A program made the position numbers and the translations under genes. Below, piece by piece: positions 10,201-21,064 of a DNA stretch of 37,354 bases. This stretch comes from Stramenopiles sp. TOSAG23-6 (taxonomy: Eukaryota): NCBI GenBank assembly GCA_900128565.1, contig LT635940.1, positions 1 through 37,354 of the forward strand, written 5' to 3'. Under the pieces are notes generated by a model, which was not told the DNA's origin, ran no database searches, and saw only the letters and a list, made by a program, of their open reading frames with translations. The first letter of the stretch is position 1. Every line of letters starts with the position of its first letter.

Positions 10201-11402
10201 ACAACTGTTAGAAGAGCTACAGCAAATCCAAACTTTCCAATTTGAGTTGCCATTACTTCAAGTTTCGATTCCAACACAGACGCCGCAATTCCTTCATGTT
10301 TTTCAACGACATACAATCTCTCAAGTTTAGCTGATTCATTCGTCCACAGTTTATCTTTGAGTTCAATATGAAAAGTTCTGTCATCAATTTCATCTTGTTC
10401 CAATGAAGTAACGGCGAAAACCTGATCGCCAATCTTCAACTCCAAACCTAATCCATCCTCTTCATGTCCACCACAGCCACAACAACCAGAAACAGCATCT
10501 TTCGCTAACATAATACGATCATCGAAACGATCAGAAACTTCAATGGAATCCGCAGTAAACGTAACCTGATTGCTATTCTTCGTTGTGACGCACTCACCAT
10601 CAAAAGGTATGTAGAGTGAATCACCAGATACTGTTGAACTGATAATTCCTGCCTGTGAATTAAGACCAACTGCAACAATAACCATCGCACCAGTACCCTC
10701 TTTGACTCCTGTACCTGATAAAATAAATGGGTGTTTATCCGGATCTTTTTTACATAAGTCAGACTCTCCCGTTAGCGAAGCTTCGTCCATTTTCAGACCA
10801 TCGCATTCGATTACTATGCCATCAGCATCTACAAGATCCCCATATGTTAGCTTTACAATATCACCAACAACAAGATCACATGAGAAAACTGCCTCTTCGT
10901 CAGCTGCTTCGCTGCTGATAAACTGCCCGTCTCGCCAAACATTAACCTTTTTTCGGGACATTTCTGCTTGCTGAGCAGCAAAACTTAAATTTTTCTTATA
11001 GTTTGTTCCAGAATCAACATTAACAACAACAATAACTGATAAGAGAATTGCGAGACCTTCAACCCATCCTAAATCAGCGGGGTCTTCAACGAAGAGACCA
11101 ATAATAAGCGAAATTATGGCACACGCGTTTAAAAGCATAATAACAGGATCGTTCAAAGCTTCCTTACAGAGTTCGAAATATGTTGGTAACTTTGTTTTAG
11201 GCAATTCATTTCGGCCAAATTGGCCTTCTCTCACACCCCTTCCAGTTTGACCAGTTGAGTTGATACCTTTCTTCGGATCAACTTTAAGTAGCTTACAAAT
11301 ACCAACAGCTCCTCCAAGTTTTGCAACATCGTCTGCTCCCCCTTCAGAATGTGCACACGTAATTCTCTTAAGCTCCGCATCTGTAATATCAAAAGAAGCC
11401 AT
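7290..11402 (-). CDS. P-type ATPase subfamily 2B (PMCA-type Ca2+-transporting ATPase), intronless
   Basis: SLTGES, VAVPEGLPLAV, ICSDKTGTLT, KGASE, TGDN, VTGDGTNDAPAL, LLWVNMIMDSFASLALATEPP, MQIFNEINSR. Confidence 0.95.
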   Translation of the reverse strand: MASFDITDAELKRITCAHSEGGADDVAKLGGAVGICKLLKVDPKKGINSTGQTGRGVREGQFGRNELPKTKLPTYFELCKEALNDPVIMLLNACAIISLIIGLFVEDPADLGWVEGLAILLSVIVVVNVDSGTNYKKNLSFAAQQAEMSRKKVNVWRDGQFISSEAADEEAVFSCDLVVGDIVKLTYGDLVDADGIVIECDGLKMDEASLTGESDLCKKDPDKHPFILSGTGVKEGTGAMVIVAVGLNSQAGIISSTVSGDSLYIPFDGECVTTKNSNQVTFTADSIEVSDRFDDRIMLAKDAVSGCCGCGGHEEDGLGLELKIGDQVFAVTSLEQDEIDDRTFHIELKDKLWTNESAKLERLYVVEKHEGIAASVLESKLEVMATQIGKFGFAVALLTVVIMITRFSIESYAMNTEPDGHKLITNPNVPGSKKYGVGAKRGFFTEEMCFCDRSKTKYTCNAEGTVCKDANGETITYKEHGKKESKNLPACNAKAHFTAATSGFDDCCGVAWKNVDVKDGTKSLYGPEMVYYRWMSASDFKNLMGYTCPGDLFAESDFKHILEYFITGITILVVAVPEGLPLAVVLALVYSSRMMSKPPNNCFVRNLNSCETMGNATAICSDKTGTLTQNIMTVTDVYVGGTRMKMRDLKDSVQSKNGLNQQLTTTMLNALILNTQQQTDVKKTNDPKFTSGFERMGNATECALLQCAIELDVKSIDKPFSELKKRVRNPAAYNWPAGCKLFPFNSKFKRMTIVVKSDDTPGSRVYSKGASEKILQYCTKVMNADGTTSNIDDALRAKITAQLGSMADEALRTIGVAFRDMSKTPSQWAAETERQKAMEEKNQDGEENSLSCGDEDVVKDLTLVGIFGIRDPVRPEVPEAIRVCKRAGITVRMCTGDNIRTARAIAIKCCLIPSETYMMDAKLKSGVASKVVVEGEELGPSMSQHFGEPQRKVLNGPIVGMEGQLFREMVTLEEPEQDGNDINRRVLDKLWPQLRVVARCAPRDKYILVRGMMESKLYLKKRMGPTREDGTINPYYNKPGFGRYKEVVAVTGDGTNDAPALAKADVGFAMGIAGTEVAKAASKIVLMDDNFTSIVQAVKWGRNIYDSISKFLQFQLTVNVTAIGIAFIGAVSEGVSPLTAVQLLWVNMIMDSFASLALATEPPQDELLKRKPIGSDKPLITTRIRRFICTSALYQIVWLLIFLFAPKSLGIDDNGAEGDKGVITVHYSMIFTVFVFMQIFNEINSRMLQDEVNVFKYITQNPIFCIIWVGTFVVQVFMTQFGGIVMKTVGLSLTNWLIVFGIGGGQLVWGILCRIVIRPSVFGLFKCPSKRETEQAEEAKRQAWQVAAGSQINGTMTIEQVMRKEQSRFS

Positions 11403-11756
11403 TATTATTAATGGTAAATCCTTCTATAGAAACAATGATTATTCGCGAAACAAACACTTGCAGCCACACACCAGTCTGCAAACAAAAGAGATCAAATTAA
11501 AAGAGCAGCTTTCGTTTTGAAGGAGATCTCGTTTGTGTCTATTTTCGAAAAACGAGAGAGACGAGAGCAAGAGCAAATGCAAATGAGAATCTTAAAAAAG
11601 TACCGCGAAAAAAACTACACTTTTCAAAAAAATTGTTGTTTTTCGTGTGTCATCATATTATTTGCGTCACACGTGTCATTTCGATTCTTCTTTTTGCTAT
11701 TAAGTTGAACTTGAAGTTAAACTTGAACATACAAAATTTAATATATTACACTAATC

Positions 11757-12140
11757 ATGTATAGTAGATTCTTTATCAGATCAGGCATGGCTGTACATCA
11801 CTGTGTACGACAGTCTCTCAATGGAAATATGACACCCTTGCGTATGAATTTAAGTTTATCTGCGGATGTGTTACGAGCACGTCTCAATGAATTTCAAGAT
11901 TTATTCGTGGAGGCTAGACTATGTATCGAAGATGCTACTGAGTCTCTTGAAACGACATACTTCGAAGCTGACCTTGCTGAAGCGAAAACCAATGTCGATG
12001 CTGCTGTTGATGCATACAAGGCTTTATTGGCGGAAGCTGATGAAAATCAGCGCGGCGAAATAGATAGAGCAAATGGTATGAAAGTAAAACAGTTAGAGGC
12101 GGAGTTTAAATCTGTTGCAGAGACATATTTACATGAATGA
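11757..12140 (+). CDS. Small helical protein with a possible mitochondrial presequence
   Basis: 127 aa; Arg-rich N-terminus lacking acidic residues, then a helical FQDLFVEARLCIEDA.ES.ETTYF segment. Confidence 0.65.
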   Translation: MYSRFFIRSGMAVHHCVRQSLNGNMTPLRMNLSLSADVLRARLNEFQDLFVEARLCIEDATESLETTYFEADLAEAKTNVDAAVDAYKALLAEADENQRGEIDRANGMKVKQLEAEFKSVAETYLHE

Positions 12141-12250
12141 CCCCATAAAAATAAGTCTTACAAATTATCTATACATTATTTAGTACACACCCAATAAAAT
12201 GCAAATTATTTTAAATTTATTTAATGTGCCATATTCTTATAGTAAATTTA

Positions 12251-13720
12251 TTAATCACAAGCGGGGGTGGTGGTTGAAAAGAATGAAGTTATTTTTTTGG
12301 TTGCAACTCGAGGTCTTTTTGAATCTTTCGTTTTCTTTTTATTTTTTCGCTTCACCCCACCAATTTTAATTCCAGCGAATGTAAAAGCTTTACGTGCACA
12401 CGTTGTGACTCCAACATCAATGAGATCATTCATAGACATCCACTTAACATTTGCAGAAATATCACCGGAAGAAGAATTAATTTTCTCAGATAGAGGAATT
12501 TCTTCAGATATACTAATTTTTTCAACACTCATATGATGGCGACGATGTGAAAATGTATGTACAACAACACCTAAATCAGTAGCATTATCTTCATTATGAA
12601 ATACATCCCCAAATACTTTCTTAATTTGATTCATAGTAGCAGCTCGGCGAACCGTAATATTAGGTGGAGGTTGTAACTCTATTTTATCCAAATCTAATGA
12701 AGGAAAAGGCTCCCACTGTCCGGCTAATAAACCTGTTGGAGGTCGCTGTTGGGCAAGTACCCGTCCAGTTGAAGTTGCCTGAATGACACAAATAGCACGA
12801 CAAACATCCTTTGGTGGTTTTTTCTTTACGGGTAACGGAAATCTTGTTACTTTTAGTGAAGAAATATCGCCACTTGTGCTACTATCTGCAATGATTTTAG
12901 CTTTACATACATTTTGTAAAGGACATATTTCACATTGTGCTACTTTAGGTGTACATATAGTTGCTCCTAGCTCCATTAAAGCTTGGTTGAAAACTCCTGG
13001 GATATTCATATAGTTATTACTACCACGTTCTTGGTAAACTTCTTGTTCTTCAAGCTTTCGACTAGCAACAGCGGGAGGAGGGACTAGTTCAGCTGCTAAT
13101 CGCCAACAAAGCTTATGCATCATTGGATCTTTCTTTGTGAGGGCTATGGCTCGAAGCCTAGCAAATACTCTAATGACATTACCGTCTACAACTGGATCTG
13201 AATTTCCAAACGCAAGAGACGATATCGCCCCAGCAGTATAAGCACCAACACCAGGTATCGATTTTAGTTCCGTATTAGTTGAAGGAAACTTCCCATTCCA
13301 TTTCTCAACAATCATTTTAGCACCCTTGTGTAGATTCCTTGCACGTGAGTAATAACCCAATCCAGCCCATTGGCTATTTACTTGATCAGGGGTTGCTGTC
13401 GCCAAGGCCTCGACGGTGGGAAAGTGTTTCATCCAATTTCTGTAGTACTCTATTACGGTTGCTACGCGAGTCTGTTGAAGCATTACTTCAGAAATCCATG
13501 TTTCATAGGGAGAAATAGTACCATTAAGATTCGACGGCTGGTGCTCCACATTTACGGTACCAACCGAAGTACAGTTTTCATCACAAACGTCTCCCCTCCA
13601 AGGCATTTCACGACGATTTAACTTATACCAAGAGTGTAGCTGACTACGTATCATATCAACATCTTTTTTGCTAAAATTATTCGTGGCAACTAAATCTTCA
13701 ATATCCTTCATTCCAGACAT
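12251..13720 (-). CDS. MUTYH: A/G-specific adenine DNA glycosylase (MutY/MUTYH)
   Basis: PYETWISEVMLQQTRV, WAGLGYYSRARNL, helix-hairpin-helix PGVGAYTAGAI, VDGNVIRV, [4Fe-4S] motif CTPKVAQCEICPLQNVC, NUDIX-like GLLAGQWE and HTFSH, C-terminal PIP-box-like KKITSFF. Confidence 0.95.
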   Translation of the reverse strand: MSGMKDIEDLVATNNFSKKDVDMIRSQLHSWYKLNRREMPWRGDVCDENCTSVGTVNVEHQPSNLNGTISPYETWISEVMLQQTRVATVIEYYRNWMKHFPTVEALATATPDQVNSQWAGLGYYSRARNLHKGAKMIVEKWNGKFPSTNTELKSIPGVGAYTAGAISSLAFGNSDPVVDGNVIRVFARLRAIALTKKDPMMHKLCWRLAAELVPPPAVASRKLEEQEVYQERGSNNYMNIPGVFNQALMELGATICTPKVAQCEICPLQNVCKAKIIADSSTSGDISSLKVTRFPLPVKKKPPKDVCRAICVIQATSTGRVLAQQRPPTGLLAGQWEPFPSLDLDKIELQPPPNITVRRAATMNQIKKVFGDVFHNEDNATDLGVVVHTFSHRRHHMSVEKISISEEIPLSEKINSSSGDISANVKWMSMNDLIDVGVTTCARKAFTFAGIKIGGVKRKNKKKTKDSKRPRVATKKITSFFSTTTPACD

Positions 13721-14016
13721 TCTACGCTTTATAAAGGATAGAATGAACTCGTGCTACTTGAATATGCGGGCTGAGAACATTTGAAAATACATAAACTCTT
13801 GTATTTTGTGTCTCTAATACTTTTTTATACTTCATCAAAAAAAACATGTTGAATTTTTGATGATTTTTGATGTTTCCCATGACCGCGAACACGAAATATG
13901 CCTTTTTCGAGTCAGCGTTTCCTACCTGACTGGTAATTTTTGATTTCAGTCAGTGGTGGTTTCTCTCTCTCTCTCTCGTGTTGTCGTGTGCCGTCAAATA
14001 AACAAAACATATTAAA

Positions 14017-15846
14017 ATGAGCTACATACCCCCACATTTAAGAAATAAGTCCAAAGGTGGCGATGTATCTAGAAAAAGTGATAATTTAATGCGTGATGAC
14101 CGCCCTCAGCGAGATGACAGACGTGGTGGTGGTAGCTATCGTGACGATCGTCGCGATGACAGACGTGGAGGTCGTGATAATGGTGGTGGTCGTTATGGTG
14201 GCAAAGCGGGTGGTAATTCTCGCTGGAAAGATTTCGATGCTCCAACTCCTCAACGATATGGAGATAGTCGACGTGGTAGACGTGGATCTGGTCCTTGGAG
14301 TGGAGATACTCGTCCTGACAAGCGTTTGGAAAGTGAACTTTACAAAGGCTGCCTTAACAAGACAGGTATCAATTTTGACAAATACGATGATATTCCAGTT
14401 GAAACAAGTGGAGAGAATATTCCTACAGAAATTAAGGAGTTCGCTGAAGGAAATTTACCTGAACAAATGCTTACCAATTGTGCCCTTGCTGGTTTTGAAA
14501 GACCGACTCCTGTACAAAAATATTCAATTCCAATCGGCGCAGCTGGTCGTGATTTAATGGCTTGTGCTCAAACTGGTTCAGGTAAAACTGGTGGTTTTCT
14601 TTTCCCTGTTATTGCTGAGATGTTGAAGAACGGTCCTCGTGAAATTAATGACACTGCACCAAATACTAGCCGCCGTCGTAAGATTTATCCTGCATGTCTT
14701 ATCCTGGCACCAACACGTGAACTTGCTTCTCAGATTTACGAAGAAGCTCGAAAGTTCGTGTATTGTACTGGAATTGCAGCAGCGGTTGTATATGGTGGTG
14801 CTCGTGTAAGCGATCAACTTCGTCAACTTGAAAGATGTGGTTGTGACTTACTTGTAGCAACTCCTGGACGTCTCGTCGATCTCATTGAACGTGGTCGTAT
14901 ATCTTTAGCAGGTATTTCGTACTTGATTTTAGATGAAGCAGATCGTATGCTTGATATGGGATTCGAGCCACAGATTCGACGCATTGTTCAGGAAGAAGAC
15001 ATGCCAACAGACAACCGTCAAAGCTTTATGTTTTCTGCAACGTTCCCGCGAGAAATTCAGAGACTTGCAGGTGATTTTATGACTAATTATATTTTTTTGG
15101 CTGTAGGACGTGTTGGATCTGCAGCTAAAGACATTGTACAACGTGTAGAATATGTAGAGGAGAATGACAAAGAAGATTTTATTCTTCGCTTTTTAAGTAC
15201 TCTGGATGAAGGACAATTGACTCTTATCTTTGTTGCTACAAAACGATGTGCCGACTTTCTTGAAGAAATGCTCTGTCGTCAAGGACTTCCTGCTACATCA
15301 ATACATGGAGACCGAACTCAGCAAGAGCGAGAAGATGCCTTGTATGATTTCAAAAGTGGTCGCCGTCCTGTCCTCGTTGGTACTGATGTTGCTTCTCGTG
15401 GGCTTGATATTCCAAATGTATCATATGTAATTAATTTTGACATGTCAAGTAGCATAGATGACTATGTCCATCGTATTGGACGCACTGGTCGTGCTGGTAA
15501 TGTAGGAAATGCTATAACCTTGATAAATCGCAAAAACAGAAACGTTGCACGAGATTTATACGACTTACTTATGGAAAATGAACAAGACGTCCCAACTTGG
15601 CTTGAAGACATGTCTCGTAGTGGTTATAGCCGTGGTGGTGGTCGCCGTGGTGGTAGCAGTAGATTTGGAGGTCGAGACATTCGCCGGAAAGGTGGCGGTG
15701 GCGGCGGCGGTGGTGGCGGCGGTGGTGGCTACCGTGGTGGTGGTGGTGGTGGAAACCGTTCTTATTCAAGAGGTAATGGTGGATCCGCGAATTTTCACTC
15801 ACGAGCTGATCGTTCAGGAGGATCAAATGATAACTCTGCCTGGTAA
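14017..15846 (+). CDS. DDX3: DEAD-box RNA helicase DDX3/Ded1
   Basis: [71 protein letters not shown]-rich tail ending in W. Confidence 0.95.
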   Translation: MSYIPPHLRNKSKGGDVSRKSDNLMRDDRPQRDDRRGGGSYRDDRRDDRRGGRDNGGGRYGGKAGGNSRWKDFDAPTPQRYGDSRRGRRGSGPWSGDTRPDKRLESELYKGCLNKTGINFDKYDDIPVETSGENIPTEIKEFAEGNLPEQMLTNCALAGFERPTPVQKYSIPIGAAGRDLMACAQTGSGKTGGFLFPVIAEMLKNGPREINDTAPNTSRRRKIYPACLILAPTRELASQIYEEARKFVYCTGIAAAVVYGGARVSDQLRQLERCGCDLLVATPGRLVDLIERGRISLAGISYLILDEADRMLDMGFEPQIRRIVQEEDMPTDNRQSFMFSATFPREIQRLAGDFMTNYIFLAVGRVGSAAKDIVQRVEYVEENDKEDFILRFLSTLDEGQLTLIFVATKRCADFLEEMLCRQGLPATSIHGDRTQQEREDALYDFKSGRRPVLVGTDVASRGLDIPNVSYVINFDMSSSIDDYVHRIGRTGRAGNVGNAITLINRKNRNVARDLYDLLMENEQDVPTWLEDMSRSGYSRGGGRRGGSSRFGGRDIRRKGGGGGGGGGGGGGYRGGGGGGNRSYSRGNGGSANFHSRADRSGGSNDNSAW

Positions 15847-15888
15847 TTTATTTAATAAATAACTTTGCCTGGTAATTGATTGAATAAA
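15831..15888 (+). repeat. Imperfect 29-bp tandem duplication spanning the DDX3 stop codon
   Basis: TAACTCTGCCTGGTAATTTATTTAATAAA then TAACTTTGCCTGGTAATTGATTGAATAAA (3 mismatches). Confidence 0.9.
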
Positions 15889-16164
15889 TAGCATATCCTG
15901 GTTGAAAGAAGTATAAAGAAAAACATTCAAAGAAAAGCATGAAGTGTGATTGGGCATGTTTTAACATCTATTTCAATACTGTTCATGTATAAAACAGTAG
16001 TAATATATACATTGCTTGTGCGAAAACATATAGATAGAAAAAAGTCTAAATTATTCAGATTAATAAAAACTTTGTCTTCAAATTGTACATTAATTATATT
16101 TTATAACAAAATCAAATGAAAGAAAATGTATCGTTGATGATGTATGTTTTGGCTACATAAGTCA

Positions 16165-19100
16165 TCACTTTTTTTTCTTTTTTCCTCTTTTTTTCCCTTT
16201 CTTTCCTTTTTGTGGTACTTTTGGTTCATCTTTTGGTTTCCCTTGCAACGACGCTAGCTCCTCTCCTCGCTTCAGAGCTCGCTTTTCTTTATTTGTCAAT
16301 GGTTTTCCTCGTTTTCCTAGTTTTCCTGGCCCTACTTCTGCTGACTGTTGTCCTCTTGCCCGCGGATTCACTCTTGCCGAGCGTGGTAATTGTGCCAACG
16401 GATTTCTCCTAAGCAGAGATTCCAATTCTTCATGACTTGCTTCTTTTAGGTTAGACAACAAATATTCAAGTCTTTGTTCATCTGTTCGTGCCTGCTCTAC
16501 ATCTTGTTTATATTTCATAAGGTCTTCTTCAGGTACAGAAGATAAAAATTGAAAAATTTGTACAAGCGACCCAATTTCACCATGAAATTTTCCACATCTT
16601 ACTCGTTCCAAAGCTACCCTCAATTTATAATTCTTAATGATCTTGTCGAGCAGATCCTTTTGATGTTGTTTTGATAGAGATTCTCCCGCTTCTGTCATAA
16701 TTTTTGATAGAAATGTGTTCGCTTGTGTTGTAACTTGTTTCAATTTATCCTTCGTATCAAATGTAAATGCATCTCGATCTGAAACTCCGAGGGTCACTTT
16801 CTGTCCTCTTGCGATAGATGGGGTTACATGACGACCTAAACCTGTAAGAAATATTAGCCTATCATGTTCACTCATATATCCTTTCAGAAAATCTTTATAC
16901 AAACTTAATACGTCACCAGATTCATCTATTCTCTTATTATAACAAATATATACAGGATCCCGCAACTCTTTATTTGTAGGTAAGGTAGGTTTCTCACTTT
17001 TTCCAAACACGAGTTGTATTCCAAAGTACCTATCGCATGGATGATCTTCCCCATCCACTACCCATTTATCAGCAAATTTCAGATTTGGCTGTATATCTTT
17101 TGGTAACTCGGACATATAATTTATGATTAACGGAAGAATTTGTGCCATTAATGTTAAGACGGTATTTTCATATACTGGATCTGTCTCCTTATAACCCGCA
17201 TCCTTCACCGATTGAATGGCAGAAAACGCGGCTGCCATGTAAGGGTCGTCGTCAACATTGAATTGAACTTTCAAATCATAATCGGAATTTTCTCTCAAAT
17301 GATAATGGAAAACACTGGTAACATGGAATCCTTCAGATTTTATAAGATATTTTCTTTCATCAAGAGGAGGGATACTCCTGAATTGTCTGGTTTTTTTCTC
17401 GGAATGTAATACTTCAACTTCATTCTCACTAATTAAAGTATTTATATGTCGTGCCGCTAAAATATTTCGAGCGATTCGATTTGGTATATGTTGATGCTCT
17501 AATGACCCTGTAACCCATTTATATTCCATTTGCCTAGTAAATGCTATAAAATCGCGCATTATTTGCATACAATTATGCACACTTCTCAAAACCTTCTGTA
17601 TGGAATCTTGAAATTCTTTTAATTCAACATCGTCTGTAATGAGTATTTGAAACATGTTTTTNATTTCCATATCAGTTCCAGCTTTGGTCAGTTCAAATAA
17701 AGCTTCGAAATCATGTAAGTTCATCATATCATTCTTCCATGCGTTTGCGTATCTTTCTTTATACTCAATATTTACACCAGCGTCAATAGGATTAGACTGA
17801 AATGAGTTTAAAATTTCTCTTTGTTTGGTCAGAGTATAATTCATCATTTCAACAGCAAAAAAAATATTAATCATTGTTTCTTCCCATACAAGATAATGTT
17901 CTTCCCCCCATTTCAAAATTGCACCATGAATAGGACTTTCCTTGCGCTTGATTACCCTGCTGTCAAAGGTTACCGCTGATAACACAAAAAAATCTTGCAA
18001 ATTTTTTGAATAATCATTATAATATTCGTAGACACGCTCTTTCATTTTTTCCATTATATGAAGGTCCCAAGTCGTATTTTCTTCACCTATCTGATATCCC
18101 GAGTCTACCATCACAGCGCTCGCGGGAACGGCGGGAACAGCGGGTTCTGCGTGTATATCATCTAATGGAGTATCATCACCTGGAGTATCATCACCGGCCG
18201 GCAGAGTGTCATCTTCTTCCCGTCTATCTGACGCGATTTGTGTAATGTGCTCATCCGTGAAGCGCTGTGGCATTAGAAGGACATCACTTATTTTGGAACC
18301 ATTGCACTGATCGATAGGAGATCCGATCAATTTTTGAATTACAACATGGAGCTCCTGAGTCGCTCTTAATAGAGCACTATCACTAAAGTCTTCACCAATC
18401 GAACTTAATTTCTGTCTTAAAAACTTTGCGGCCAAACTAGATTTCTTTTTTTTGTAGCGAAATAAAGTGTGCCATGTTTCAAATGCTTCCATTAGTGTCT
18501 CTTCTTTAGCTCTTATTGCAATCCCATTAGTTATTGATGATTCTTGCAAATAGTATCCGGCAGGATAATGAAATTTATGGGGTGATTCATTACGCCATAT
18601 GTAGGCGCCATTACTTTCCCCTTTGTATTGCTTTCTTGTCACAAAAACATTACCAGATCCTTCCCTATCACCAGCGACGGATTTTTCATTGTGAGCTGCT
18701 TTTAGTTCATGAGCTGGCGCTTCTGTGATTTTTGCCAGGACACCACATGAATGCTTCCTTGATGTAGAGCTCGATTGTGCTTCCAGCTCAAAGAGAGTCC
18801 ATAAAATGGACTTATCCTTACTCTCGGAACAAACCCAGTCATCAGAATTATATTCAAACGCAGTTTCCCTATTGAATTGTATGGTAACGCCTACTTTTTG
18901 CCATTCATCTAAAGCATCTTCAAGGGAAGAAAATAAAATTTTCATCTGAGGAAAATCTGTCAAGTTTTCTTTGTAAGGAGAAGTCCACAGAGCATTTCCT
19001 TTTCCTACTGAGCAAGAAAGATGTATCACAAGCGCTGATTTAACTGCAAGCCAAAGCTTGTTCATTTTTTCTATTGCAGATGGATACTTTTGTGCAATTG

Positions 19101-19518
19101 ATAGTGGCCATTGATCAACTTCAAAAAGCGATCGATGTCGGTCGTTGTCGTCTCCAGGGTCATTCAGACGAACATTTGAAAGCGGTCCAAAAAATAAATT
19201 CACGTTGANGTATATGAATTCTTCTTTGTTTGGAACACTATAACTGCAGCAACCAGTAAATCTATGCATCATTTCTCGAAAACGTTCGTAATCAGCAATC
19301 GTCATTAAGTTGAAGGCAGCCCTTAGCGCTGGTCTAGGAATGAAATGATGCGCACTTTGTTCATCATCACTAAGTTTAGGTATTTTCAATTGGGACCCAT
19401 TTTGCCTTGGAGTAAACCAGTTCCCTTGGGCTTCAGGTGGAGCTGCTAATGCAGCAGATGAGCATGTAAAAACAGTAAACAGAGTCAGCACTAGTATTAA
19501 GTAATGTATGTCGACCAT
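16165..19518 (-). CDS. Large orphan protein (~1117 aa) with a probable signal peptide and a Lys-rich C-terminal tail
   Basis: Long uninterrupted ORF; hydrophobic MVDIHYLILVLTLFTVFTCSSAALA from ATG 19518; no domain recognised. Confidence 0.7.
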   Translation of the reverse strand: MVDIHYLILVLTLFTVFTCSSAALAAPPEAQGNWFTPRQNGSQLKIPKLSDDEQSAHHFIPRPALRAAFNLMTIADYERFREMMHRFTGCCSYSVPNKEEFIYXNVNLFFGPLSNVRLNDPGDDNDRHRSLFEVDQWPLSIAQKYPSAIEKMNKLWLAVKSALVIHLSCSVGKGNALWTSPYKENLTDFPQMKILFSSLEDALDEWQKVGVTIQFNRETAFEYNSDDWVCSESKDKSILWTLFELEAQSSSTSRKHSCGVLAKITEAPAHELKAAHNEKSVAGDREGSGNVFVTRKQYKGESNGAYIWRNESPHKFHYPAGYYLQESSITNGIAIRAKEETLMEAFETWHTLFRYKKKKSSLAAKFLRQKLSSIGEDFSDSALLRATQELHVVIQKLIGSPIDQCNGSKISDVLLMPQRFTDEHITQIASDRREEDDTLPAGDDTPGDDTPLDDIHAEPAVPAVPASAVMVDSGYQIGEENTTWDLHIMEKMKERVYEYYNDYSKNLQDFFVLSAVTFDSRVIKRKESPIHGAILKWGEEHYLVWEETMINIFFAVEMMNYTLTKQREILNSFQSNPIDAGVNIEYKERYANAWKNDMMNLHDFEALFELTKAGTDMEXKNMFQILITDDVELKEFQDSIQKVLRSVHNCMQIMRDFIAFTRQMEYKWVTGSLEHQHIPNRIARNILAARHINTLISENEVEVLHSEKKTRQFRSIPPLDERKYLIKSEGFHVTSVFHYHLRENSDYDLKVQFNVDDDPYMAAAFSAIQSVKDAGYKETDPVYENTVLTLMAQILPLIINYMSELPKDIQPNLKFADKWVVDGEDHPCDRYFGIQLVFGKSEKPTLPTNKELRDPVYICYNKRIDESGDVLSLYKDFLKGYMSEHDRLIFLTGLGRHVTPSIARGQKVTLGVSDRDAFTFDTKDKLKQVTTQANTFLSKIMTEAGESLSKQHQKDLLDKIIKNYKLRVALERVRCGKFHGEIGSLVQIFQFLSSVPEEDLMKYKQDVEQARTDEQRLEYLLSNLKEASHEELESLLRRNPLAQLPRSARVNPRARGQQSAEVGPGKLGKRGKPLTNKEKRALKRGEELASLQGKPKDEPKVPQKGKKGKKRGKKKKK

Positions 19519-19791
19519 TCTATATATATACTCCAACAATAAAAGACGTCGAATGATATATTCCAAGGTTCTGTGTATAATTTGAAATTTAAAACCGTTC
19601 GTCGTCCGCCGATACGGTATTTTATTTAATCGCATCCAGGAGCTGAAGCAGCTCTGGCGCTAGTACCGGGTATCCAAAATATTATATATCCGTTACACGA
19701 CACTATGACGACCAACAGCCAGTCAATCTGCAGTCAATCTTCTTTTAAACAAGGTTTTTTTTTGTCTCAAGAATGTATGAGTTAATATAGA

Positions 19792-20520
19792 ATGCCAACA
19801 CTTCGACGAACCTCCCAGTCCAAAAAGCAGTATGGAGAAGAAAACATATTTGGCCAACCCCAAAGTCTCGTCGTGGGGCAAGATATTTGTGTTGCTACAG
19901 GTCTTCCCTTGCCTGCTGATGCTATTCCGGGAGAGGATTGGGGAGTTATGCAAAGCGACTGAACTGGAAGGTTGCGGTGCGCCTATCCATCAAACTGTTT
20001 AACGAAAGAAGGTAATTACGGTTGTTCGAACCCTTCTTTGGATATTTATGGATGCAGAATTCACAGGTCAAAACGTTTGGAGTCCAAGTCAAATGATTCA
20101 GAATATCCCAGCCTTCCATACAAAAATAGCAATAATCGATCACTAAGCACCCACGAGCTTCTTCTCCAAAGTGGGTGGCTTCCAAACGTTTCTCTTAACT
20201 CTCCAACAAAGAAACGTAAAAGTCAAGTAGAAATTCCAATGAGTCAGTACTATCGTACAGAATTATATAAAAAACTTATAGATACGAAAAAGTCACGATC
20301 TGGTAGGATAATTATTCCGTCTACAAAACAAATTAACAATTCTATTCAGCGGATTCAGCAAAACGCAATTCGAAAAAGAAAGAGGTTAGTTAAAAAGACT
20401 TTAAAAAAGAAAAAACCAAGTGTCATTGGGGTAAATAGATCCATCAGGCACCCTCCTTTTATAGAAAACTCAAAAAATAATAATAATAAACGCCACAGGA
20501 AGAAGAGAAAGTCTAAATAA
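19792..20520 (+). CDS. Hypothetical basic protein with one in-frame TGA at 19960-19962 (recoded gene or pseudogene)
   Basis: ATG 19792 opens 56 codons, then TGA, then the same frame stays open to TAA 20518-20520. Confidence 0.45.
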
Positions 20521-21064
20521 TTGGCTACATTCCGAGGATAAATTGATAAATTGATAGAGGTATTATTTTCGTTGATGTATGAGCGACAATCCTTTCAAAA
20601 AGAATCGTATTACATACTGAGAAATTGTAAGATATTTAAATTTTAATTTTGTCATGTATTATTACTTATTTTATTATTTCGTTGTCAATCTCTAGAAAAA
20701 ATCTAAATCAAGACATTATTTTTTGTTTTTTCCCTCCTCTCATTCATCCCTATCATTTTATCACCTTCCCCGTCGTCATATATCTAAAAGGTTAAACTAC
20801 AAAAGATTTTTTACTCACACGCACAGCTTTCATATACATTTAGTCAATGCTCATGCTGAACATGCAATAAACATGTAATAAATCATTCATATTCTATTCA
20901 ATTCGTTATTCCATTTCCTTTTGCGTTTAATCATACTAAATACAAAGTAATTGAAAAATAATTCACTAGATCAATACATAATAAATTTGAAACACCATGT
21001 GCACAAATACAGTCTATTAAACTAAACAAATTAATCCAAGAACTTTTAAATGTTCTATGTCATA

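Noticed and set aside
796-11402. Calcium-signalling cluster (EF-hand, calcineurin B-like, PMCA)
   Set aside because: These are large common families interspersed with unrelated genes; no evidence of co-regulation.
15691-15752. GGT/GGC repeats, plus (TA)n near 4466 and 36937 and (CT)n near 13962
   Set aside because: Ordinary poly-Gly coding tract and microsatellites.
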